NCBI GenBank assembly: GCA_963721545.1
Contig: CAVRKB010000001.1
Location: 38,131 to 102,130, forward strand
Reading direction: 5' to 3'
Length of the DNA: 64,000 nt
From: an uncultured Chloroflexia bacterium
GTDB lineage: Bacteria > Chloroflexota > Limnocylindria > Limnocylindrales > CSP1-4
Part shown: piece by piece, positions 54,750 through 64,000 of the stretch
Position numbering within the stretch: position 1 is the first letter of the stretch
Layout of the letters: every line of letters starts with the position of its first letter
The notes under the pieces: model-generated
What the model was told of the DNA's origin: nothing
Databases searched by the model: none
The model's input: the letters and a program-made list of their open reading frames with translations, nothing else
Made by a program: the position numbers and the translations under genes

Positions 54750-55754
54750 GTGCCGAACCTCGCCTTCCCGCGCCCGCTCCCACGGCCGCGCGGCCGTCGC
54801 CACCCGCTGCCCGCCGAGCTCGTCGCGGCGGCCGACGTTGCGACGCCCGACATCATCGAGGCCGCCGGCATCCGCTGGATCCACATCGAGTCGCCGCGGA
54901 CCGCCGACCGCGACTGGCTCGAGGAGCACTTCGACTTCCACCCGCTCGACTACGAGGACGTCTACTCGCGCAACAACCGGCCCAAGCTCGACCAGTACGA
55001 CGACTACGTGTTCATCGTCCTGCACTTCCCGATGTTCGAGAAGGAGTCGGGCCGGATCCTGACCGCCGAGCTCGACCTGTTCATGGGCCCGGACTTCCTG
55101 ATCACGCTGCCGAACATCCCGCTCCCGCCGCTGGCGGCGATGTACGAGCGCTACCGCGAGAAGGAGGAGCTGCGCGAGGAGACCTTCGCCAAGGGCACCG
55201 GCTACCTGCTCTACAAGATCGTCGACACGTGCGTCGACGCGTCGTTCCCGATGCTGCGCAAGATGGCGGTCAAGCTCGACCGGATCGAGGACGACATCTT
55301 CGAGGGCCGCTCGTCCGAGATCGTGCGCGACATCTCCGAGGCCAAGCAGGAGATCATCAACTTCCGGCGGATCGTGCGCCCCCAGCGAGCGGTGCTGCGC
55401 GACCTCGAGCGGACGAAGCAGCGATACCTCCAGGAAGAGCTGGAGATCTACTTCGATGACATCTCCGACGCCGCCGAGCGGATCTGGGACACCCTCGAGA
55501 ACTACAAGGAGGTCATCGAGGCCCTCGAGTCGACGAATAAATCGGTCCTGTCGCACCGGCTGAACAATTCGTTCCGGGTGCTGACCGCGGCCAGCGTGGT
55601 GCTCCTGCCGCTGACCCTCATCGCCAGCATCTTCGGCATGAACGTGCCAGTCCCGGGCGAGGGGCAGGCCTTCTCGTTCCTGGCGATCCTGCTGCTGATG
55701 GGCCTGCTGCTCATCGCGCTGGTCGCCTATTTCCGACGGCGGGGGTGGTTGTAG
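54750..55754 (+). CDS. corA: CorA family Mg2+/Co2+ transporter
   Basis: FHPLDYED, RPKLD.Y, SIFGMNV (GMN motif), two C-terminal TMs. Confidence 0.93.
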   Translation: MPNLAFPRPLPRPRGRRHPLPAELVAAADVATPDIIEAAGIRWIHIESPRTADRDWLEEHFDFHPLDYEDVYSRNNRPKLDQYDDYVFIVLHFPMFEKESGRILTAELDLFMGPDFLITLPNIPLPPLAAMYERYREKEELREETFAKGTGYLLYKIVDTCVDASFPMLRKMAVKLDRIEDDIFEGRSSEIVRDISEAKQEIINFRRIVRPQRAVLRDLERTKQRYLQEELEIYFDDISDAAERIWDTLENYKEVIEALESTNKSVLSHRLNNSFRVLTAASVVLLPLTLIASIFGMNVPVPGEGQAFSFLAILLLMGLLLIALVAYFRRRGWL

Positions 55755-55789
55755 GGTTGTAGCCAGCCCGACCACGCGGGCGCAGGCAG

Positions 55790-57428
55790 ATGGACCACAT
55801 GGCAGAACCGGGATCGCTCGAAACGGGGCGTGACGCCGTCGTCCGACAGGCGTGGGGCGACGCCTACCGCGACCTGTCCGAAGCCGACGCTGCTACGCCA
55901 CTTGAGCTCGACGATCTCGAGCGGCTCGCCCTCAGCGCCCACATGGTCGGGCGCCCGGACGAGACGGCACGCGCCTGGGAGCGGTCGTACCACGCGGCCG
56001 TGGCGCACGGTCAGCCCGCGCGCGCGGTGCACGACGCCTTCCACCTGATGATGGGCCTCGGCCAGCGTGGCGAGTTCGCCAAGGCCGGGGCCTGGCACGC
56101 CCGCGCGACCGGGATCCTCGACGCGGGCGGTCTCGACGTGGTCGAGCGAGGCTACCTCTACATTCCCGAGGCTCTGATGGCGCTGCAGTCGGGCGACCCG
56201 GGCGACGCGTTCGAGCTGTTCGAGCGGGTCGCCGCGCTGGCCGAGCGGTTCGGCGACCCCGATCTCGCCACGTTCGGCCGGCTGGGCCGCGGCCAGTGCC
56301 TGGTCGCGCTTGGCGAGGCGCAACGCGGCGTCGCCTTCCTCGACGAGGCGATGCTGGCGGTGGCGACCGGCGAGGTGTCGCCGATCACGGTCGGGACGGT
56401 GTACTGCGCCGCGATCGAGGCGTTCGGCGAGCTGTTCGACCTGCGCCGAGCGCAGGAATGGACGGCGGCGCTCAGCGCGCTGGTGCGATGCCCAGCCCGA
56501 CCTCGTGCCGTTTCGCGGCAAGTGCCTGGTGTACCGGACCGAGATCATGCGAGTTCCACGGCCAGTGGATCGATGCCGACCGGGAGGCGCAGCGCGCGTA
56601 TGCCTGGCTGTCGCGACCGCCGGTCGAGCCGGCCATCGGCGAGGCGCACTACCGGCGCGCCGAGCTCCATCGACTGCGCGGTGACGGGGCCGCGGCCGAG
56701 GAGGACTATCGCGAGGCCAGCCGCTGGGGCCGCTCGCCCGACCCGGGCTTGCCCTGCTCCGTCTCGCCCAGGGCGACGGCGCCGCCGCCGCGGCATCGAT
56801 CCGCCGGGCGCTCGATGAGGCAATCGGCATGAACCGCGCCCGGCTGCTCGAACCGTTCATCGAGATCATGCTCGAGACCGGCGACATCGAGGCAGCCACG
56901 ACGGCCGCCGAGGAGCTGGCTGCGGTCGCCGATCGGTCTGGCGCGCCGTTGCTGATGGCGCTCGCCGCCCGGGCGGATGGCGAGCTCCGGCTCGCGGCAG
57001 GGGACGCCCGGGCAGCGCTGCCCGTGCTGCGTCAGGCCGAAACCCGCTGGCACGAGCTCGACGCCCCGTACGAGTCCGCGCGCGTTCGCGTCCAGATCGG
57101 CATGGCGTGCCGGCCCTCGGCGACGCGGACGCGGCCGGCCTCGAATTCGACGCCGCGCGGCGGGTGTTCGCCGAGCTCGGGGCACGTCCGGACCTGGGGC
57201 GCCTCGGCCGTCTGGTCGGCGGCACAGCGCAACCGCCCCTGGCGGCCTGACCGGCCGCGAGCTGGAGGTGCTGCGACTCGTCGCCCTCGGCCGGACGAAC
57301 CGGGAGATCGCCGCGGAGCTCGGGATCAGCGAGCGGACCGTCGACCGGCACGTCAGCAACATCTACACCAAGCTCGATGTCTCGTCGCGGGCGGCGCGCG
57401 ACGGCCTTCGCCTACGAGCACGGCCTGA
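55790..57428 (+). CDS. LuxR-family HTH regulator with TPR-like N-terminus (frameshifts)
   Basis: [44 protein letters not shown]. Confidence 0.88.
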
Positions 57429-57568
57429 CCTGACCCCGCGGTACCCATGCCGCGTCGCCGGCGGTTTGGGTAGTTCCACCGATGCGCTCCGTCGGCGCCC
57501 ACGCCTACGGTCGGCATGGCGGCCGGATACCCCGGTCGCCTCCGACACCAAAGCCGAGGGCAGCAGCC

Positions 57569-58709
57569 ATGGATCGCATGCAGGACGCGGAGCGGATCGA
57601 CACGATCGTCATCGGGGCGGGGCAGGCCGGCCTGTCGGCCGGCTACCACCTGAAGCGCCGCGGCGTGCCCCACGTCATCCTCGACGCCGACGCGCGCATC
57701 GGCGACCACTGGCGGGACCGCTGGGACTCGCTCCGGCTGTACAGCCCGGCCCGCTACGACTCGCTCCCGGGCATGCGCTTCCCCGCGCCGTCGTCCCACT
57801 GGCCGACCGGCCGCGAGATGGGCGACTACCTCGAGGCGTACGCCCGACAGTTCGACCTGCCCGTCCGGAGCGGGACGAGCGTCGATCGCGTCGAGCCGGT
57901 CGGCGGCGGCTTCTTCGTGTCGACCGCGGACGGCGGGCGCCTCGCCGCACGCCAGGTCATCGTCGCCACCGGGCCGTTCCGGCAGCCGAACGTCCCGGCG
58001 TTCGCTGCCGAGCTCGACCCGTCGATCCGGCAGATGCACTCGCACGACTACCGCAACCCGGCCCAGCTCAGCCCGGGCCCGGTCCTCGTCGTCGGCCTGT
58101 CGCATTCCGGCGCCGACATCGCGTTCGAGGCCGCCAACGCCGGCCACCGGACGATCCTTTCCGGCAAGTCCCATGGCCAGCTGCCGATCCGAGGTCACCG
58201 ACTCGAAGCGGGCCATGCTCGGCTGGCCGGTCGTCGAGTTCATGTTCGGACACGTGCTCACGATGCGCACGCCGATGGGGCGGCGGATGCGCCCGGAGAT
58301 CCGCAAGGGTGGCGGCCCGCTCATTCGAATTCGCAAGGGGGACCTGGACCGGGCCGGCGTCGAGCGGCACGACGCGAAGACCGTCGGCGTCCGGGACGGC
58401 CGCCCGGTGCTCGCCGACGGCACGGTGCTCGACGTGGCCAACGTCATCTGGGCCACCGGCTACCGCCCCGACTACTCGTTCGTCGCGGCGCCGATCGTCG
58501 GCGAGGATGGCTGGCCGATCGAGGAGCGTGGCGTCAGCCCGACGGTGGCGGGCCTGTATTTCCTCGGCGTCCCGTTCCAGTACGCCTTCTCGTCGATGCT
58601 CGTGGCCGGCGCCGGGCGTGACGCGGGATACGTCGCCGAGCAGGTCGCGAAGCGAGCGGGTGCTCGCGACGGCGCCCCCTCGGCGGCAGCGGCGCACGCC
58701 GCTCGCTGA
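57569..58709 (+). CDS. Flavin-containing monooxygenase-like NAD(P)/FAD oxidoreductase (CzcO/TrkA type; frameshift near 58195)
   Basis: [43 protein letters not shown]. Confidence 0.88.
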
Positions 58710-58737
58710 GCGGCACAGTCCGAAGGGGGTTGCTCCG

Positions 58738-59730
58738 ATGACGGACCATGCGATCGCCATGCCGCGGCGTACCTCGGCGATGGAGCGGTATCTGGCCGCG
58801 GAGACGCGGCTGTGGCAGCACTACGGATTGGCACCGCGCGAGCGGTTCGTCGAGATCGCCCGGCCGCGGGCGAAGCTTCGCGTGCTCGAGGCGGGATCGG
58901 GACCGCCGGTCCTGTTCCTCCACGGCACGGTCGGTCCGGGATCGTGGCCGTCGCTCGTCGCCGGCCTGCCCGGGTTCCGGAGTCTCGTGCTGGACCGTCC
59001 GGGATGGGGCCTCAGCACACCGGTGGAGTTTCCGCGCAGCGGCTACCGTGCCTTCGTCGCGGACCTGCTCGCCGCGTCGCTCGATGCGCTCGACATCGAC
59101 CGGATCGACGTGGTCGGCGGGTCGATCGGCGACCTGTGGGCGCTCAGCCTCGCGGAACACCATCCGGATCGGGTCGGCCGCGTCGCCCTCCTGGGTGCCG
59201 GTCCAATCGCCCCGGCGGTCCCGGTCCCGACCGTTCATCCGGGTCGTGTCCTCGCCGATCGGAGCGATCATCGTCCGCCTGCCCGTCAGCCCGGACCGAG
59301 TCCGCTCGATCCTGCGCGACAGCGGGCACGGACCGAGCCTGGACGCCGGCCGGATCCCGGAGGCGTTCGTCGAGTGGCGCGTGGCGAACGACACCCAGAC
59401 GATCGCGATGCGACACGAACGATGCGATGGTGCGCCGGGTCGTCGACGGCTCGGCCTATCGGGCCGGCATCACTCTTCGACGACGACGCACTCCGGCTGA
59501 TCGATGCGCCCGTGCTGCTCGTCTACGGGACCGCCGACCAGACCGGGGACGCGGGCATCTGGCGGGCGTTCACGACCACCCTGCCGAACGGCTCCCTGGA
59601 GCTGATCGACGGCGCCGGCCACATGCCGTGGTTCGATGATCCCGGTCGCGTCGCGGCCCTGGTTGACGGGTTCCTGGCGCGCCCGGCGATCGAGGCGATG
59701 GTGCCCGACGCCGAGATCGGCATCGGCTAC
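58738..59730 (+). CDS. Alpha/beta hydrolase (frameshifts; end approximate)
   Basis: [38 protein letters not shown]. Confidence 0.85.
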
Positions 59731-61087
59731 GCGACCGCCGGCACCGGCTGCGCGGTCCTGACGAGATCCGGGATCACCTGCACGTCCAGCCACGACGCGG
59801 GATCGACCCGCGGCCGGATGAGCGCCGCCTCGCCGCCCGACGCGACCACCTCGGCCGGGATCGGGTGCGACAGGAAGTACGGGCATCGATTCGGTGAAGC
59901 CGTAGGCGCCGACATCGAGCACCGCCATGAGGTCGCCGACGGTTGGCGGCGCCATGACGGCGCCGGTCGCCAGCACGTCCAGGCCGGAGCACAACGGGCC
60001 CGCGACGGTCACCGGCGCGGGCCGTCCGCTCGAGGCGCCGAACAGCCGGACCCGGTGCTCCGTGCCGACCAGCGCCGGTCGCAGCACGTGGTGGACGCCG
60101 CCGTCGAGGATCGCGATCGACGTCCCGTCGACGGTCTTCGTGTCGACGACCCGGGCGAGGTAGGCGCCCGCCGGGCCGACGAGGAAGCGACCGGGCTCCA
60201 GCACGAGCCGCGCCTCGGCCAGGAAGGGATCGGTCGCCCAGCCGTGGACGATGCCGTCCAGCCCACGACCGAACCCGACGAGGTCGAGCGACTCCTCGTG
60301 CGGTTCGTACGGAATGCCCAGCCCGCCCCCGGCATCGACGATCCGGACGGTCGTGTGGCTCAGCCGCGCGAGCTCGCGGGCGGCGTGGGCGGTGCGTGGC
60401 GACGTGGGCGACGAGCGAGCTCGCCTCGAGCACGTTCGACGCGCCGAAGGCGTGCAGCCCGAGCAGGTCGAGATGCGCGGAACGCGCGGCCAGCCGCGCG
60501 GCGTCGATCAGGTCGCCCGCGTCCATCCCGAACTTGCCGGCGCCGTCGTCGCCGACGAGGCGGACGCGTTCGAGCCGGGCGACCTCCGACACCGCCGCGC
60601 GGAGCAGCACCGGCTGGCGCCGGCCGGCCGTGCGCGCGATGCCCTCGAGCCGTCCGAGCTCACCGAGCGATTCGACGGTGACCGCGCGGATCCCGGCGGC
60701 GACCGCCGCCTCGAGCTCACGGTCGCGCTTGCCCGGACCGGTCATGACGATTCGGTCCGGACGGATCCCGGCGCGGATCGCCGTCGCCAGCTCACCCTCG
60801 GACGCGACGTCGGCGCCGAGGCCGAGGCTGCCGAGGTGGGCCACGACGGCGAGCGCGGGGTTCGCCTTGACCGCGTACGCGAGGTCGACGCGCTCGGGCA
60901 GCACGGCACGGAGCGCCGCCACCTGCCGGTCGACGACGTCGAGGTCGTAGACGTACAGCGGCGTGCCGAACCGCTCGGCGAGATCGCGCGGATCGAGTCC
61001 GGCCAGCCGGCCCGCCTGGAGGATCTCGTTGCGCGCGGGCGGCCGGCCGCGACGCGGGCGGCCGGGCGGATCGAGGCTGGCGCTCAT
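59727..61087 (-). CDS. lysA: PLP-dependent fold-III decarboxylase, diaminopimelate decarboxylase by operon context (frameshifts)
   Basis: [61 protein letters not shown]. Confidence 0.75.
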
Positions 61088-61892
61088 CGGAGCGCCTCCT
61101 CCAGCGCCACGCGCGCGCTCGTGCCGGCGTCGCGGTCCTTGACGAGCAGCGCCACCGCCGCCGTCAGGCCGTGCGCCTGGGCGAACGCGCCGCCGACGGC
61201 CCGGGCGCCCGGGATCACGACCGCGCCGGGCGGCACTGCCAGCGGCATGTCCGCGGTCCCGACGAGCACCCGTTCGCGGACGAGGTCGTACAGGCGTGAC
61301 GTGCCGGTCAGCGTCACCCCGGCGCCGATGACCGCCTCGCGCCCGACGAGGACGCCGTCGAGCAGCGCGGAGCCCGCCCCGATGAACGCGCCGTCCTCGA
61401 CGATGACCGGCCGAGCCCCGGGCGGCTCGAGCACGCCGCCGATCGTGACGCCGGCCGCGAGGTGGACGTTCGCCCCGATCTGGGCGCAGGACCCGACCAG
61501 GACGTGCGAATCGACCATCGTGCCGTCGCCGATCCAGGCGCCGATGTTGACGTAGCTCGGGGGCATGACCACCACGTCCGAGCCCAGGTGCGCGCCGCGG
61601 CGAACGGCCGTTCCGCCCGGGACGATGCGCCACGGACCGTCGCGGACGTCGCGCGGCGGGACCGTGGCCCGGTCGCGGAAGGTGAGCGGCCCGGCCGCCC
61701 AGGTCGCGGCGGTCCGATCGCGGAACCGGTCCAGGATCGCGGCCTTGACGTCGGCTCGAACGCGCCAGCCACCCGGGACGGCCGGGTCCGGTTCGGCGGC
61801 GCGGATCCGCCCGGCTTCGAGGTCCTCGAGGAGGGTGTCGGGATCGACGGCGGCCGCGTCGTCTCGGTCGCGCCATCGTTGCCGGTCGTCAT
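61084..61892 (-). CDS. dapD: Tetrahydrodipicolinate N-succinyltransferase (frameshift)
   Basis: VKAAIL.RF, RIVPGGTAVRRGAHLG, MPPSYVNIGAWIG.GTMVDSH..VGSCAQIG..VHL.AG..IGGVLEP. Confidence 0.9.
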
Positions 61893-62845
61893 GCGACGGC
61901 CGCCCGGTCGGCGCTCTCGATCCGGCCGCCGGCCGATTCGACGATGCCGAGCCGGCGCAGGAGGCCGGTCAACGCCGCCCGCGGCTCCGGCTCCAGCGGC
62001 AGCAGGGGGGCCCGCACGGCGTCGCCGTCGAGCAACCCCATCGCGGCGAGCGCGGCCTTGACCGGCACCGGGTTCGGGGCGCCCCGGAAGTTGGCCAGGA
62101 ACAGCGGCAGCCAGCGCGCGTGGATCCGCCGGGCCGCGTCCCAGTCCCCCGACCGCGCCGCCGCGCACAGCGCCACGAGGGGACCGGGGATCTCGTTGCC
62201 GGCCACCGACACGACGCCGTCGCCACCGAGGGCGAGGACCGGCAGGGTCCAGGCGTCGTCGCCGGCAAGGACCGCGACGTCGCGCGGCCGCTCGGCGCAG
62301 ATCCGCGCGATCTGCTCGAGGTTGCCGCTCGCCTCCTTGACCCCGATGACGCGCGGATGCTCCGCCAGCCGCAGGAACGTGTCCGCGTCGACGTTCGAGC
62401 CCGTCCGCGACGGGACGTTGTAGACGACGATCGGCAGGTCGCCCTCGTCGGCGACCGCGCGGAAATGGGCCTCGAGCATCCGGCCGTCCGGCCGGTTGTA
62501 GTAGGGCGCCACGACGAGCGCCGCATCCGCACCGAGCTCGGCGGCCCGCCGCGTGGCGACGATCGTGGCCCGCGTGTCGTTCGTGCCGGTCCCGGCGACG
62601 ACGTGGACGCGCGCCCGGGACGGCCGTTCGGCCACGACCTCGACCGTCGTCGCGATCAGTCGATCGCGCTCGTCGGCCGACAGGGTCGGGGCCTCACCGG
62701 TCGTGCCACAGGGCACGAGACCGTCGATCCCGGCGAGGACCTGCCAGCGGACGAGCCGCCGGAACGCGTCGTCGTCGAGCCGGCCGTCCGGGGTGAATGG
62801 GGTGACGAGCGCGGTGTACGCGCCGCGGAGCATGGGTCGGGGCAT
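61889..62845 (-). CDS. dapA: 4-hydroxy-tetrahydrodipicolinate synthase
   Basis: TALVTPF, CGTTGE, GTGTN, APYYNRP, YNVPSRTG, GVKEASG, NPVPVK. Confidence 0.95.
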   Translation of the reverse strand: MPRPMLRGAYTALVTPFTPDGRLDDDAFRRLVRWQVLAGIDGLVPCGTTGEAPTLSADERDRLIATTVEVVAERPSRARVHVVAGTGTNDTRATIVATRRAAELGADAALVVAPYYNRPDGRMLEAHFRAVADEGDLPIVVYNVPSRTGSNVDADTFLRLAEHPRVIGVKEASGNLEQIARICAERPRDVAVLAGDDAWTLPVLALGGDGVVSVAGNEIPGPLVALCAAARSGDWDAARRIHARWLPLFLANFRGAPNPVPVKAALAAMGLLDGDAVRAPLLPLEPEPRAALTGLLRRLGIVESAGGRIESADRAAVA

Positions 62846-62883
62846 CGGAAGATCCTTTCTGGTCGAGGGCTGGACGGGGACGG

Positions 62884-63615
62884 TCAGGCGGCCACGGCGG
62901 CCGGCCGGGCCAGGAGGTCGTCGACGACGGGGTCGAATGGATGCAGGCCGGCCGTCCGGGTTGCCCCTCGGAGCCAGTCCGCTGCGGCCAGGGCGCCGGT
63001 CGCGTAGGCCGATCGGTCGCGGGCGGTCAGCCGGAGCTCGACGGTCTCACCGGCCGCGTCGAAGCCGACCAGGTGCATGCCCGGCGACGCCCCGGCCCGG
63101 ATCGACACGATCTCGAGATCGTGCTCCGGTGCGGGGTTCCGCCGACCCTCCGCCATCCGGCGGGCCAGCTCGAGGGCGGTTCCGGACGGACGATCCGCCT
63201 TCGCGCGCCGGTGCCACTCGACGAGGAACGGGTCGAACCCGCCGACGCCGCCGAACAGCCCCGCCGCCGTCTCGGCGAGCCGGAGGAAGAGGGCCACGCC
63301 GACGCTGAAGTTGGCCGACGCGACCGCCGCCGCTCCGGCATCGCGCAGGTCGCGCTCGACGGTCTCGCGGTCGTCCGCCCAACCCGTTGTTGCGATGACG
63401 AACCGCCGGACGCCGGCCTCGAGCGCGACCTCCACGTTGGCTCGCACGGCGATGCCGCGCGTGGCGTCGACCACGAGGTCCGCGTCCGCGAACGTCGCAG
63501 GGTCATGCCGGCCGGCCGCGGGCCGCCCGTGGATCGAAGCGCGTTCGCCGCGTGCCGCGGCCGCTGTCGCGATGGCGCCGCCGAGGTGGCCGTCGCCGAG
63601 GATGATCGTGTGCAT
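62884..63615 (-). CDS. dapB: 4-hydroxy-tetrahydrodipicolinate reductase
   Basis: VIATTGW, NFSVGV, EWHRRAK.D.PSGTA, SIRAG..PG.H, DRSAYATGAL; an alternative GTG start exists at 63630. Confidence 0.92.
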   Translation of the reverse strand: MHTIILGDGHLGGAIATAAAARGERASIHGRPAAGRHDPATFADADLVVDATRGIAVRANVEVALEAGVRRFVIATTGWADDRETVERDLRDAGAAAVASANFSVGVALFLRLAETAAGLFGGVGGFDPFLVEWHRRAKADRPSGTALELARRMAEGRRNPAPEHDLEIVSIRAGASPGMHLVGFDAAGETVELRLTARDRSAYATGALAAADWLRGATRTAGLHPFDPVVDDLLARPAAVAA

Positions 63616-63663
63616 CTGCGTGGTCCTCACTCATGCGTGGGGACCTCACGGGCCGGAGACATC

Positions 63664-63695
63664 AAAAAACCGCGGCCACCGTGATGGTGCCGCGG
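63664..63695 (-). terminator. Intrinsic terminator in the dapB leader (attenuator)
   Basis: CCGCGG-CACC-AUCAC-GGUG-GCCGCGG stem followed by UUUUUU, about 50 nt upstream of the dapB ATG. Confidence 0.85.
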
Positions 63696-63748
63696 CCCCT
63701 GGAGCCTCCGTTCCCTGGAGGCCCCGGTTCGTCGTTTCGGACGCGCCG

Positions 63749-63826
63749 TCAGAGCCCCAGGGCCCGTGCCTCCCGGCAGGGCCGCCAGAGCTTCTTCTTC
63801 GATTCCTCGGAGAAGCGGCGGTTCAT
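63749..63826 (-). CDS. Putative leader peptide MNRRFSEESKKKLWRPCREARALGL
   Basis: ATG at 63826, AAG AAG AAG at 63799-63791, TGA at 63751-63749; ATG lies 6 nt after the -10 hexamer. Confidence 0.65.
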   Translation of the reverse strand: MNRRFSEESKKKLWRPCREARALGL

Positions 63827-63832
63827 GCGCGA

Positions 63833-63861
63833 ACCATACGCATCAAACGAAGTTGATGCAA
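63833..63861 (-). promoter_or_regulatory. sigma70-type promoter of the lysine operon leader
   Basis: -35 TTGCAT (63861-63856), 17-nt spacer, -10 TATGGT (63838-63833). Confidence 0.65.
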
Positions 63862-63889
63862 CCATTTCTCCGGAGCGCCCGGATGACCC

Positions 63890-64000
63890 TCAAGCGGGGA
63901 GGTCGCGCTCCGCCGGTCCGACGTAGTTGACGTCGGGGCGGATCAGCCGGTTGTCGGCGGCCTGCTCGAGGACGTGGGCGGTCCACCCGGCGGTCCGCGC
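63890..64000 (-). CDS. Citrate synthase family C-terminus (5' part outside window)
   Basis: [36 protein letters not shown]-stop. Confidence 0.85.
   Translation of the reverse strand, partial: ARTAGWTAHVLEQAADNRLIRPDVNYVGPAERDLPA

Noticed and set aside
4176-60681. Very long Arg/Pro/Gly-rich ORFs in the track (for example 4176-6857 minus, 8369-10783 plus, 56977-60681 plus)
   Set aside because: These are antisense or off-frame shadows of real genes, expected at very high GC where stop codons are rare, or chimeras created by indels.
63640-63860. Lysine (L-box) riboswitch before dapB
   Set aside because: No AGAGG(U/C)GC..GAAAGG..CCGAA-type conserved core is recognisable; the region is better explained by a leader ORF and terminator. 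cmsearch is still needed to confirm.
1-64000. Dozens of apparent frameshifted pseudogenes or programmed frameshifts
   Set aside because: Single-base indels occur in about half of all genes, including presumably needed ones (selA, selB, dapD), mostly in G/C runs, with intact domains on both sides. This is best explained by long-read sequencing error.
1-64000. CRISPR arrays, IS elements, prophage
   Set aside because: No regularly spaced direct repeats, transposase, integrase, capsid or tail genes were seen. The holin-like domain is a fused housekeeping-type membrane domain.

Overview
Very GC-rich bacterial chromosomal segment. Gene content and style suggest Chloroflexota or Actinomycetota; this is an inference, not a determined taxonomy. 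About half of the genes contain single-base indels, most simply explained by an unpolished long-read assembly, so many coordinates are approximate and many ORFs in the supplied track are chimeric. No CRISPR array, transposase, integrase or phage structural genes were seen. The main content is: a molybdate uptake operon with an embedded trmO/tsaA gene; an NAD-linked, selenocysteine-containing formate dehydrogenase (in-frame UGA plus SECIS) with fdhD; a complete selD / selC-selA-selB-mobA locus including tRNA-Sec; an SbcCD-like pair; many transporters and hydrolases; and a dapB-dapA-dapD-lysA operon. The most interesting unexplained signals are non-coding: (1) a promoter, Lys-Lys-Lys leader peptide, antiterminator and terminator in front of the lysine operon, suggesting ribosome-mediated lysine attenuation rather than a lysine riboswitch; (2) a ~220-nt multi-hairpin candidate ncRNA with its own promoter and DnaA-box-like sites at 51 kb; (3) two hairpins with anti-Shine-Dalgarno (UCCUCC) loops behind a 68-aa ORF; (4) pervasive leaderless-type promoters.
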